From: Octopus bimaculoides
Taxonomy: Eukaryota
Assembly (NCBI RefSeq): GCF_001194135.2
Contig: NC_068999.1
Coordinates: forward strand, 30,387,548-30,451,547
Direction: 5' to 3'
Length of the DNA: 64,000 bases
Part shown: positions 12,300 through 23,341 of the stretch, piece after piece
Layout: each line of letters starts with the position of its first letter
Numbering within the stretch: position 1 is the stretch's first letter
Translations under genes and position numbers: made by a program
The notes under the pieces: generated by a model
Databases searched by the model: none
What the model was told of the DNA's origin: nothing
Seen by the model: the letters and a program-made list of their open reading frames with translations, nothing else

Positions 12300-13360
12300 T
12301 GAGAGTAGTTCATCACACTGCACTATTGCTCCTAGTACTAAATCTGCTATAATAACAATGGGTATGTCCTCTCTGAATCCAAACAGACAAGTGCAGTGTT
12401 TCAACAACACTTCCTCAAATTGTTTGCTGTGATTGCCGAACAAGGTGACTGAGTACTGTGAAAAGCTGATTTCTGCTTATTAACAAGGTGGATGTACTGA
12501 GCCATTGTGTGGGGTGCAAATTGCTGGATTCAGATCATCTGTTCTGAGCTGTGTTTTCATGTGCAAGACTTGTTTGCTTTATCTTGGCACTTTCTACTGC
12601 AACTGACAGCAGACTGGAAGCATTCCCAGTCAAGTGAGCTGAGAAGTGGTGACATTGCTGAGGAAGGATTTAAACAAGGGGATATGATTCAAAACTTCAA
12701 ATGCATAACTCATCTCAACATGCCAAGAGTTTGGCAAAGGTGTTTGCCAAGATGCTAGTATTTATTATCAGCGGTGTACATACTTGTCCAATCCCTGACT
12801 GATCCATCCATGACAATTTTTACTTTGTATGATGCATCATAGAGCTGGTTGGGAATAGATCTGATTTTAGGTAAGATGCTAGTCACTTTAGATCCTTGCT
12901 ACCGGGTTGCTGTCCTAAGAGCTCTCAGATTTGTTCTTGTCATCAAAGGCTGGATTGCTACAATGTAAACTAGTATCTGTTTTGTGGTCAAATTCAACAC
13001 CCACCTCTCAGAACCAGTTAGCATTGAATGTTTAGTTCATCCAGAATGCCCCTACTTTCTCCTCTCCAGTGTTTTGGCCTTAGAACCTTTGTTGAAGAGG
13101 ATATAGAGTTTGAAGGATATCCCACTTCAATTGGGTCACAGAAGAGCTGTATTGGCATATGTGGATGTCACTATCATTGTGCTGGACACTGGATATAGAA
13201 GACAGTGACACTTATACTGAAAGATTACCATATATGTACAGAAGTATGCATAAACAAGGTCAAGTTGGTGGGCTTGCAGCTAGGTACTTGGGGAAGCAAG
13301 TCCATGTTGGCTAGTAGCAATTTTAGTTACTGGACCAACATATTAGTCAAGCACTGAGGT
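12300..13360 (+). mobile_element. Highly decayed L1/Tx1-like LINE RT relic
   Basis: Translation ...VLRALRF...HLSEPVSIECLVHPECP...LALEPLLKRI...AYVDVTIIV resembles the Tx1 RT pattern SVRQGCP / LEPLL / AYADDVT. Confidence 0.55.
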
Positions 13361-13408
13361 TGACATAATTGACTAACCACCTCTACTCAAAACTGTTGGT
13401 CTTGTATT

Positions 13409-13628
13409 ATTATTATTAAGGTGGTGTGATAGCAGGATGGTTAGCTTGTTGGACAAAATGCTCAGGCTCTTTATGTTGCGAGTTCTAATTAGCCTGAGGT
13501 TGACTTTGCCTTTCCTCCTTTTGGGACCAATAGAATAAGTTCCAGTTGAGCACTGGAGTCGATGTGAACGACTAATCTCCATCTCCATAAAAAATTACTG
13601 GATTTCTGTCAAAATTTGAAACCATCAT
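13409..13628 (+). mobile_element. tRNA-derived SINE (family B) ending just before the MDM exon acceptor
   Basis: aggtggtgtgatagcaggatggttagc...gaggttgactttgcctttc...aaaatttgaaacc. Confidence 0.7.
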
Positions 13629-13655
13629 TTTTTTTTATTGTTAATTTATTTTCAG

Positions 13656-13748
13656 GACATGTTGGTGATATGTCAAGACAGTGATATGGAATTCTGGGCT
13701 GATCTCAGTGAAAATGGCTCTGACTCTGATGTGGAGTTGTCTGAGGCT
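13656..13748 (+). CDS. MDM2: MDM2/MDM4-like gene, acidic exon (DMLVICQDSDMEFWADLSENGSDSDVELSEA)
   Basis: Acceptor ttattttcag, donor GCT|gtgagt, phase 0-0; precedes the zinc-finger exon as in MDM2. Confidence 0.82.
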
Positions 13749-14009
13749 GTGAGTACTCCTGTTTCTTGCAAGTGTATATTATCAATGTTGTATGTGTGGC
13801 TGGAATGTGTATAGTAATAATCAGGACCTTGTCCCTTACCTTCTCTTGTTTTTTACTTGTTTGTGATAGATATGTTATTTCTTTGATACATCTGTCAGGT
13901 TGACTGCAGTCTGCAACCATTGCTATGTAGTTAAGAAGTTCATTTTGCAGTAACATGGTATGTGGGCCTATATATACGTGTGTGTATGTGTGTGTGCATA
14001 ACCATGATA

Positions 14010-14195
14010 AAGCAGACCCCACTGGTGTCACATAAAATGCACCCAATCCCCCCTGTAAAGCGGTTGGCATAGGAAGGGTATCCAGCTGTAAAAACCATAC
14101 CAAAATAGACAGTGGAACTTGGTGCAGTCCTCTGGCTTACCAGCTCTTGTCAAACCATCCAGCCCATTCACCATGGAAAATGGATGTTGATGATG
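14010..14195 (+). mobile_element. RTE-3'-tail repeat (family A)
   Basis: gcggttggcataggaagggtatccagctg...catggaaaatggatgttgatgatga. Confidence 0.7.
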
Positions 14196-14500
14196 ATATA
14201 TGGTTCAAAATTATACAAATAACAAAGATCAGTGTATTAGTTTGATCCTTGGGGAAACTGGAAGAAGTCTCTTTCGTTTCAAGCCTAGGGTCTCTTCCAC
14301 TGAAAGGTATGAAGAGAGAAAACAGATGGAAAGAAAAAAAATGTGTCTGAATTACCAGATGCACATGTTGAACTGATAAGGAAGGAAGTGGTTGGAGATG
14401 TGGGTGGCAAGGGAGACAACAGTAACCTGGCTAAAGTGTTTGTGCATAGGCATGTGTGAGTATGTGAAGGATAATGTACTTGTGTATATATGTGTGTATT

Positions 14501-14838
14501 ACAGTTCTATATTTAAGAGATGAGGAATTATTTACATTATTTACATTTGACGGATATTTCTTCTCATCTTGTTTGTTGTTAACACAACGTTTCGGCTGAT
14601 ATACCTGGGTTCTCATTCCTAACGATGTTACTACTATTATTATATTATTATTATTACTATTAATAATAGTAATAATAATAATATAATAGTAGTAGTAACA
14701 TCGTTAGGAATGAGAACCCAGGTTCGAAATTTCCCCAAGACACCTGACGAAAGCTGGAGGGTATATCAGCCGAAACGTTGTGTTAACAACAAACAAGATG
14801 AGGAGAAATATCCGTCAAATGTAAATAATGTAAATAAT
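14501..14838. mobile_element. Inverted pair of Penelope-type terminal repeats around an (AAT)n loop
   Basis: 14527-14605 is the reverse complement of 14760-14838, and 14604-14637 is the reverse complement of about 14685-14722; the right copy contains a hammerhead motif. Confidence 0.7.
14739..14784 (+). ncRNA. Minimal type I hammerhead ribozyme motif (10.1-11.1 pair mutated)
   Basis: GACAC-CUGACGA-a-aGCUG-loop-CAGCc-GAAAC-GUU-GUGUU; stem I GACAC/GUGUU; palindromic AACGUU stem III. Confidence 0.6.
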
Positions 14839-15195
14839 GTATATGTGTGTATGTGGGCATGAAGATTATGTGAGCATGTGTATGTATGGAAGCAACTGTG
14901 TGTGTAAGTGGCAGTCAGATATATGCATGTGTGTGACACTAATATGTGCATGTGTACCATGTGTTTATGTATGTGTATATATGTGAGTGTGAATGTCCCT
15001 GTTTTCAGATGGTGTGTATGAAGTTGATGTGGTGTATGTATATTTTGTGTTTGTACATAATTATGTGTGTTTGAGGCTATATGAGGCATGTGTGTGTTTT
15101 AGGGAGATGTATGTGGGTTGACCTAGATGGAGCTGTCAGGTGAAATAGGCATGACAGTGGAGGTAGGTGTTGGGAGATATTGGTGCATGACGATA

Positions 15196-15650
15196 TATTG
15201 GGTCAGCCCATAAATAATGCGGTCTTTTCAATTGCATGAACTAAAAGTTAGAGGGGTATGGAATAAACTACCCGCATCAACTTGCTATAAAAGCAGATAT
15301 AAATTTTACCTTGTACTTATTCTTAGTACAAGTTTTGAACAGTGCAGTTCGATTTTAACAGTTATTTTTTCAAAACTATAAAGGAACATATTTGGCATAT
15401 TTTGCTTTATGAGTTCAATAAAGGCATCGACGCAATGGAAAGTGTGAGAAATATTAGTGCAGTATTTGGGGATCGGATAACAAGCGTAAGCTAGTGTCAA
15501 TGATGGTTCCAGAAGTTCTGAGCTGGAAACTGCAGCCTAGAAGGCGAGCCTTGTCCTGGAAGATCTGTAGAGCTCAATAAGGACGTCCTGCAAACCCTGG
15601 TGGAACAAAATCCCATCATAACTGTTGAGGAACTAGTTGAAGAGATTAGA
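15196..15650 (+). mobile_element. mariner transposon 5' fragment (TIR plus HTH region)
   Basis: TIR-like tattgggtcagcccataaataatgcgg; translation KEHIWHILLYEFNKG...WFQKF...LVEQNPIITVEEL. Confidence 0.8.
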
Positions 15651-15879
15651 TGGGAGTGTGGATTCTGATGTGTGTGTGTGTGTGCATAAATGTATATACA
15701 TTTATGCTGTAGGGGCATAATGGCATGTATGTATGCATATTTATAGGTGTATGTATATGCTGTAGGGGTATAATCGTGCGTGTGGTATGCGTAATAAGTA
15801 TAATGGTGTAGAAAGTTGTGTTGGAAGTAGAGGAGGAAGGACAGTGAAATGTAGCAGGTGTGTGGTGTGTGTAGAAGTG

Positions 15880-16330
15880 AAGAATTGAGATCATGTGGGA
15901 CTGAGGAATGAGAGAGAAAACAAATTCCTGCTCTTGGCAGGTCAGTCTGACAGTCTGACAAATATTGCAGGGAATAACTGGCTGAGCGGAAGTGGCGCGA
16001 GACTGAGGTGTCGTTGCTGAGGCTGATCATCCCAGAAATGTTCGGTAAACTGGTAGCTAGGTTCCAGCCAGTTTGACCAAAGTACTAGGAGTGAGAGAGC
16101 AAAGGATGCAGTAGATAACATTGCTGGCAGTCCAGGTGAATGATTGGTAATGTGGCAGTCTGAATGACAGCAAGGGAAGAAGCCAGGCTGGGTGCTAGGA
16201 GTGGGGAAGAAGCTATGGACCAGAAGGTCACATAGGTTATGGGCACATTTGGAGGGGAGGTGTGGTTGAGAAAGATGTGGGAGGTCTAGGGGTTTCCCAT
16301 TGACAGGCTTCTGATATTAAATAAAGTGTT
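15880..16330 (-). mobile_element. Penelope-like element GIY-YIG relic
   Basis: Translation HNLCDLLVHS...TASNVIYCILCS...GQTG...SVSRHFRSASYSL. Confidence 0.7.
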
Positions 16331-17684
16331 AAACACATAGTTTGCAAATTAGTTGTTGCAGTTCTCTAGAGCTACTGGATTTAATGTGTATGTAAAGAAA
16401 TTGGCTACTTGTCTCTCTGGGATTAGTTAAGTGATATAGACACCTGATGTGACCTCAATAAAGACTGAAAATCAATTAAGGGTGTTCATCATTTTTTTAA
16501 AGCTACAGAAACCGGTAAATATGACATGTTCGTATGTCTACTGTGTAGGTTTATATGTATAGCAACAAGCTACTTTCAATGTATTGAGTAAGACTTTAAA
16601 CCGTATCTGATAGTGGGGCCTTGATACAGGATTTCCAGGGTTTTAAAGAGTGTGGAACCACTTCTTGCCACTATTAATCCCAGGTCTACTCTGATCCAGT
16701 GTAGTAACACCTGTTAGGATCCCAGCTAACCCCGTTAGTGTTAACTAGCATGTGTACCATTCACTTAACCAGGTTCTGATAATTGTTGGTGATTTAGTCA
16801 GTGGACACTCTACAATCATCAACAATTGATAGTAAGATGAGCTGCTATGGATCACACTATCCCAAAATGTGTATGCATGTGATTGGAGACCACAATGTAT
16901 TCTCACTGAAACTCTGAACAACTCTACACCTCAATAACAAATGACTCCGGCTAAGGCATCTATGCTGTCCAACATGCTGCTCTCCCAGTGGGGCATCTGT
17001 CAAATTTGCAAGCAGGATTTTTAGTCTGTTGGTAGAAGCATTACTTTGTTTGCTGGAACATTAGGGCTGACCATTGGATGTGGTCAGCGTTTGTGAGAGA
17101 TGTGGTGAACTTGGTCAAAGCCAGCTCAACTCACTCCAGGTGAATGTCGCCACAAGTACAAGAATGTACATGCAGTGGGACTGAACTCAGAACCATGTGG
17201 TTGGGAAGCAGACTTCTTACCACATAGCCATGCCTGCACCTTTGTATATATATCATTTATGTATATGTGTATATCCTTTAGTAATGTGCGGTTATGAAAT
17301 TGTAAACATTACCAAAAAACTGATAAGCCTTTGCTTTCTAACAAAAATTCCTTGTGATATTTTGGTCTGCCCAAGTTACACACGCTTAACTGTGAACCAG
17401 TTGGAAATCTATAACCAAAAGCACTATTGTTCACAAAATATATAAAACTAAAAGTAACCAAGTGAAGATGACCATTTATTATAGAAATTTGTTATAGTCA
17501 AGTTATGACATGAGTTAATAGTAGCTTAGAGAATGAGGTGGTGAGTTGTAAAATTATAGGAGAACTGGTGTTTGATAGATCAGACTTTACACAGGGATAG
17601 TTTGGTAGATCATACACCTGATTCCTATTTTACCCTTTATTACACATTTCAACATATTTCTTTGTTTTTTCTTTTTATTTTCAG

Positions 17685-18257
17685 GACAAATGGTGCTGTT
17701 CCAAATGTCATGCTTTTAATTCTCCTATACATCGACTCTGTGATATATGTTGGACCATACGGCCTGGTTGGCTCCCTAATTATGACAGTCAGAAGAATTC
17801 AAATGAAGATACAGAATCTACTGATGAACTTACCAATTGTGGGGAAAGAGGAGTGAACGTGAAAACTGAGAAGTCATCGACATCAGATGACTGTCCAATA
17901 GATAAAGTGTGTCAAATTCGCAATACCCTGTCTAACATTTGTTATTACTCAGAAACAGATATTCCAGCACGAAGAACACGAAACCAAACTGGCAGCAGGA
18001 AAAGACGGTTAACGTCTGAATCTGAAGAAAGTGATATATCTGGTAAAATACGGTGTTTAACTTCACCAGAGAAACTACCTACGCCAGGAGTGTGTTTGAT
18101 ATGTTCACAAAACCCAAGGGATGCTTCTTTAATACATGGTACCTCTGGTCACCAGATTTGTTGTCTCACATGTGCAAAGAAATTAAAACGTAAAGGGCAC
18201 AAATGTCCTATTTGTCGGCGCACTATTCAAAAAGTTGTCCGAAATTATTTGACATGA
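17685..18257 (+). CDS. MDM2: MDM2/MDM4-like terminal exon: RanBP2-type zinc finger plus C-terminal C2H2C4 RING
   Basis: Acceptor ttttattttcag; translates DKWCCSKCHAFNSPIHRLCDICWTIRPGWLP ... CLICSQNPRDASLIHGTSGHQICCLTCAKKLKRKGHKCPICRRTIQKVVRNYLT*; in frame with ORF 17853-18257. Confidence 0.95.
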   Translation, partial: DKWCCSKCHAFNSPIHRLCDICWTIRPGWLPNYDSQKNSNEDTESTDELTNCGERGVNVKTEKSSTSDDCPIDKVCQIRNTLSNICYYSETDIPARRTRNQTGSRKRRLTSESEESDISGKIRCLTSPEKLPTPGVCLICSQNPRDASLIHGTSGHQICCLTCAKKLKRKGHKCPICRRTIQKVVRNYLT

Positions 18258-18536
18258 AACACTAACAAATTATCATTTTGGCTGTGATTTATAGAATTTA
18301 TATTCATCCAATCTAGATATTTACTTGACCAAATTGTTTAATGTTTCCTTCAATTGGGTACATCTTGCTAAGGTTATTTATTTCTATCTTATGCTCACCT
18401 CAATACAACACATTGATGACTTTTCAAAACAATTTTTTTACCAAAACAACAAAAATTATTTATATGAAGAAAAAAAATTGAAAATACAGCAAAAATATTC
18501 CCTCCCTCCCCTTAAAATTTGAAAAAATTGTTTAAT

Positions 18537-18542
18537 AATAAA
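18537..18542 (+). promoter_or_regulatory. Candidate polyadenylation signal of the MDM gene
   Basis: AATAAA about 280 nt after the stop codon; another lies near 18785, so usage is unknown. Confidence 0.25.
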
Positions 18543-19209
18543 TAATATGATATATTGACACTTACATCATATCATAAATGAGGTCATTCACTGCTATAAC
18601 ATTGAAGTAATGTGTTATATTGATAAACTCCTATATGTATATGATACCAGATCTATACACTGCTGAAGACATGTATTATAGATGTCTTTATCAGACAGAT
18701 TTTAATACATTTTTATTCTGCAGCTGAGACCAAAATTCTGTTCAAAATTGTTTTCCCTCTCTATCATATTGAATCTGGGACCAAAATAAAGAAACCTGCA
18801 TATAACAGTGTTACAAACTCCCTTGCTTCAAACAAGTAGTATTACAAAGATGCTCGTTAAAACTTTTGAAATAATTCTACAAGGCTACCCACAGAATCAC
18901 TGTATATACAACCCGGCATATAATATTACCAGATTGGACACAATTAATTTAAGAATAACCCCTCCACACACAAACCACACTCTCTTGTCCTCCCCTTTGA
19001 AATATTCTTCAAATTTTTTAAAGAATTTCTTTCCAAATGTCCTTATTTAATGAAGAATTTTTATTTCACTGTCCATAAACAGAAAGTTTCTAGAAATGTC
19101 AGCCCTGTTGACTAAAATATCTTTTGAGTTTATTTATAAAAAGAACTTGTATTTATAAAAGGAACTTGTATGTAAAATTTTGTTATTGTTTATATTTGAA
19201 TATTTGATG

Positions 19210-19630
19210 GTGGTACTGTAGAAGTGAGATATTAGGGGTGGGGTACTTTACAGATATTAGTGTTTGGGTACTGTACAGCTGAGATAGTGGTATTGGGGTA
19301 CTGTACAAGAGAGATGTTGGGGTTGGGATATTGTACAGGTGAAATGTTGAGGTACAGTACAGATGAGATGAGATGTTGCTGTTGGAGTACTATACAGGTG
19401 AGATATTGGACTTGGGGTACAGTACAGGTGAGATGTTGGTGTTTGGGTACTGGACAGGTGAGATGTTGATGTCTGGGTTGGTGAAATATTGATGTTGGAG
19501 TACTGTACAGGTGAGGTATTAGTAAAGTGGTATTGTTGTATAGGTGAGACTGTGGTATTGTTGTATAGGCGGTTAGTGGTGTACAGGTGACATATTGGTA
19601 AGGTGGTGGTATTCAGATGAGATATTGTGC
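19210..19630. repeat. Degenerate 30-bp minisatellite (GTACAGGTGAGATGTTGGTGTTTGGGTACT)
   Basis: CAGGTGAG recurs at 19395, 19425, 19455 and 19508; roughly 12-14 units. Confidence 0.8.
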
Positions 19631-21479
19631 AAAGTTAATTTTTGTTGATAGATTTTCTAAATGTATTTTCTGTGAATATGTAGTTATGAAGAGAGATAAT
19701 AGTACTTTGTGGTAGTGTTTTGCATTTTGAGTTTTTCAAAATGATTATGCAAAAAGTAATTTTCTAGCTGGAGTTAGTTTTTGTGCAGTTCTTTTCTAAT
19801 GGTGTCCGTACACAGAAATATTTCTCTGCAATGGACCTACCACATTTAATAGACAAAGGGGCCACAATTATATATTTAAGATAGTTTTATTATTATTAAG
19901 TAGATTTGATGTTAGTATAACTAGTACTACTGCATAGTTTAGAAAACTGAAATGAACTGTAAAAGTTGATTTAACAGACCTAAATATTATTCACTGTTTT
20001 AATATTTCATATTGGTTTCTTCTTACATTTGTACAAATTAGCATTAAAACAGCAGGGATATGATCAATTGAATCAAACCCTAATTTACAACAGTGTTTGA
20101 CCCTGAACACTGTACTTTTGCTTTGTGTAGGTATCTGTTTCTGTATCCAAGAATGTATGATAGGATGTGTTATTCATGAGAAGAGATATACTACTGAAAA
20201 TTGCAATAATCATCACTACACTTCACCTGCCTTTACAGGATGCCATCTTAGTGTGTTACATGAAACTTGACATAAAGACAGCTGCTATAATTGAACTCCT
20301 CATTCTCAATCATCTCTCTTGCTATGTGTAGAATGAATTTTTATTCTTGACTTTTTGCATAGTTTTTTTTTTTCTTTTCTTTTTCATATAAATTTTCCAT
20401 AACTTACCATAAAACGTCTAAAAGTATTTCTGAAAATAGATTATGTTTCACTCCTCTGATCATTCATGCTTATATTATCTTGGACTCTGCAATATTTAAT
20501 GTGAGTTTTTATTGATGCTGTGTCCCGAATAAGTCTTATTTCCGTGTTAGTTGAGCTGGGTCTCTTAGTGTTTCATATCCTCAAAAAAGCTTATTGTTCA
20601 TTCAAACAACTTATTTGTAGTGGGTAGTGAGAGTGTTTTGTCCGAGTTTGCTGTTGTTTGAATGTATTGGGGCTCTGTTTTTGAATCCTTTTAGGAGCAG
20701 AGAGATATCAAGTGAGTTTAAAATGTGATGCAAATATTTATGTACTGTTAGTATCATGGCCCTGTTAATTTTGTTCCTGGTTCATATATGGACAAAAAGA
20801 CCTAAAACCAGCACAGATAAACCAAGCTTTGTGCAGCAATGGCTTGACAGAATGGAAAAAAATATGCCTCTTATTTGTACAAGTTTACATACAACCAGTG
20901 TCTGTTAGTTTGTATGTATTTGGTAGAAGAAGAGTGACCTGAAGTATTGATGAAATGGCTGATAAAATTTCCATGAATTTTTTTTTGTAAAAATATGACA
21001 GACAAATTACTCTCTTGAAGGCTTTTATTTTTAATTGAAGTATAGGTTTTAACGTTTTTTTTTTTTTTTTATACTACCTCAACCTGTCAGCATTTTGATT
21101 ATTTCAACACTAACAGATCCCCCTGATAGATTTAGATTTCTGCAGTGAAAACTTTGTAATATGATTACTTTTCTCTACTCCCATCATATAGCTTTTTCTG
21201 CTGTTTATATTTTTCTCAAAGCTGTAATTTGCCAGTAAATACTGAGAAACTGCCATTTTAAGTATCTAAGTTTAATTTTAACATTCCTTTAGTTTTTTTA
21301 TCTGCATAGTTGAATGCTCTTGGTAGAAGCCTGATGGATTTTGGTCCTTATAAATTTCTAAAGCTGTAAGATGCAAGGAATTCATCAATGAATGGCTAAT
21401 TCTTTCATCATGATCATATTTCTTGTATGTTTACATGAGTTGGAAATGTTTTCCTTATCACAGTATCTCACCATTTGTG

Positions 21480-22430
21480 GACCATTGTCATCTCTTGTAA
21501 GGTTCAGCATCTTGAGATTAACTTTTGCTCTTCTACAATGTCCTTCTACTTGGATCCCTCGGCACTACTTTATCCAACTGTCATTGTCAATGCACATCAC
21601 ATGATTATAGAAGCACAGTCTGGTATGTACATCAGATCACTTGAGACATTCAGGTTTTCTTTCATCATATTTGTTCTTCATTGTTACACTAACATTACAC
21701 AACTAGCAGTGTATACTCATTTCATTTCTTTCCAGCTTTGACATCCTATGCCCATATTTCACTACCCTGCAATACACAGTTCATATGCAAACATTGTAAA
21801 CCTTGTTCTTCACTCTGAAAATCTCTTTGTTACTAGCTGAATAGTACTTAGAACTTTATCCATCCTTTCTTACTCAAGTTACTAACTTCTGGAACACTCT
21901 CTTCCACTACTAATTAGGTTAACTAGGTAACAAGCTTTTTTAACTTATAGGGAATATTTTATGGGTATTGTTACTGCTAACTACTTCTGCATAACAACTA
22001 TGTACAAAGTTTTTCTTCTCTGACAACTTTCCTGCTATCTCACCTGCACACATTGGCTACATCATATAGAATTCCTTTTCTGCATCTCAAGCAAGGTTAA
22101 TTCCCAGATGTTAGTAAATCCTGTCTTCTTTCCTATTACACTTTTGTCTTTGCTAAATTTACTTGAGGACTAATTGATTTTCATCCATGCATCTACATTT
22201 AAAATTATCACTAAATCTTCTACAGAAATTACCTCTAGCCAGCCAGTCTGTTATTGTCTAAAGAGGTGATACCCGATAGATAACTCATCTGCACTCTAAA
22301 TTCCCCACTGAGATCATTACTAACTTTCACCTGGCTGATATCATCTGTACATATCTTGCAAGCCATCCAACTACATCAAGTTCTCTTATAGACTGTCACA
22401 CTGCAAATACTTGCTGTCATGACCTTCACT
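21480..22430 (-). mobile_element. Old RTE-clade LINE fragment
   Basis: The reverse strand gives VNLAKTKV and a degenerate QGSEIWA; same family as 5266-7345. Confidence 0.55.
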
Positions 22431-22739
22431 TAAGAGCTTCTATAGTTGTGTTGCTAACAAGAGAGTATCAGTGAGGCGCCATCTTCAATAAATAAATCAG
22501 GGAATGTTACTTCATCCTAAATGGAAACTAAATATTCTGATTAATCTTATAACTTAAAAATTATTTTCTTGGTTAAGCAGCATGACAGTAATGTTTCTCT
22601 GGGTGGTTATCTATATTGGCTAGTAAGTGGTCTGGTATCAACTATTTTACATTATAATGCACGTTCTAAAACATTTCCTTTACCACTTGAGTCACCATTG
22701 CTGTTTACTTATATCAAAGCAATTTCTAAAAATTGCTCA

Positions 22740-23150
22740 GATAGGCACAGACATAGCTGTGTAGTTCAGATAGGCACAGGTATGGCTGTGTATTTAAGTT
22801 TGCTTCCCAACTACATGGTTCTGGATTTAGTCCCATTGTGTGGCATCTTGAGCATCTTGTGAGTGGTGTTGGTTGATGGAAACTGAAAGAAGCATGTTGT
22901 GTGTGTGTGTGTGAGTGTGCATATGTCTGCATCTCTTTGCTTTGACATCACATAGTAGTTGTAAATGCATGTCACTGCCATACATTTCCAATATTCTGAG
23001 AGCATTTCTAGTCATGAGAAAATATTACCTTGCTTGGAAATAGGTGGGAGTTGGTGACAGGAAGAGTATTTGGTCATAGAAAATTTGCATCTATAAACTC
23101 CATCCAACCCATGCAACCATGGAAATCAATGATGATTCTGATGGAATGAC
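22740..23150 (+). mobile_element. tRNA-derived SINE (family C type)
   Basis: Head ggtatggctgtgt...ctggatttagtcccattgtgtggcatcttgagca; tail catggaaatcaatgatgat. Confidence 0.65.
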
Positions 23151-23341
23151 AGAGTAAATAAATCTAAACTAAGGGTAATAACTTCTGGTTTCATAGACGA
23201 GGAAGATAACTTTTGGACAGACAAAAGCAAAAGTTTGACTATCACTGATGAACAATTAATGTAGTGAGCCAACCTCTACTAGTCTGACTTGCTAAGAATA
23301 GCAGCCAAATTGAGCTCAACAGAAACATACTGGATAATTCA

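Noticed and set aside
17572-17856. ORF MIDQTLHRD...
   Set aside because: Alternative frame overlapping the intron and the true zinc-finger exon.
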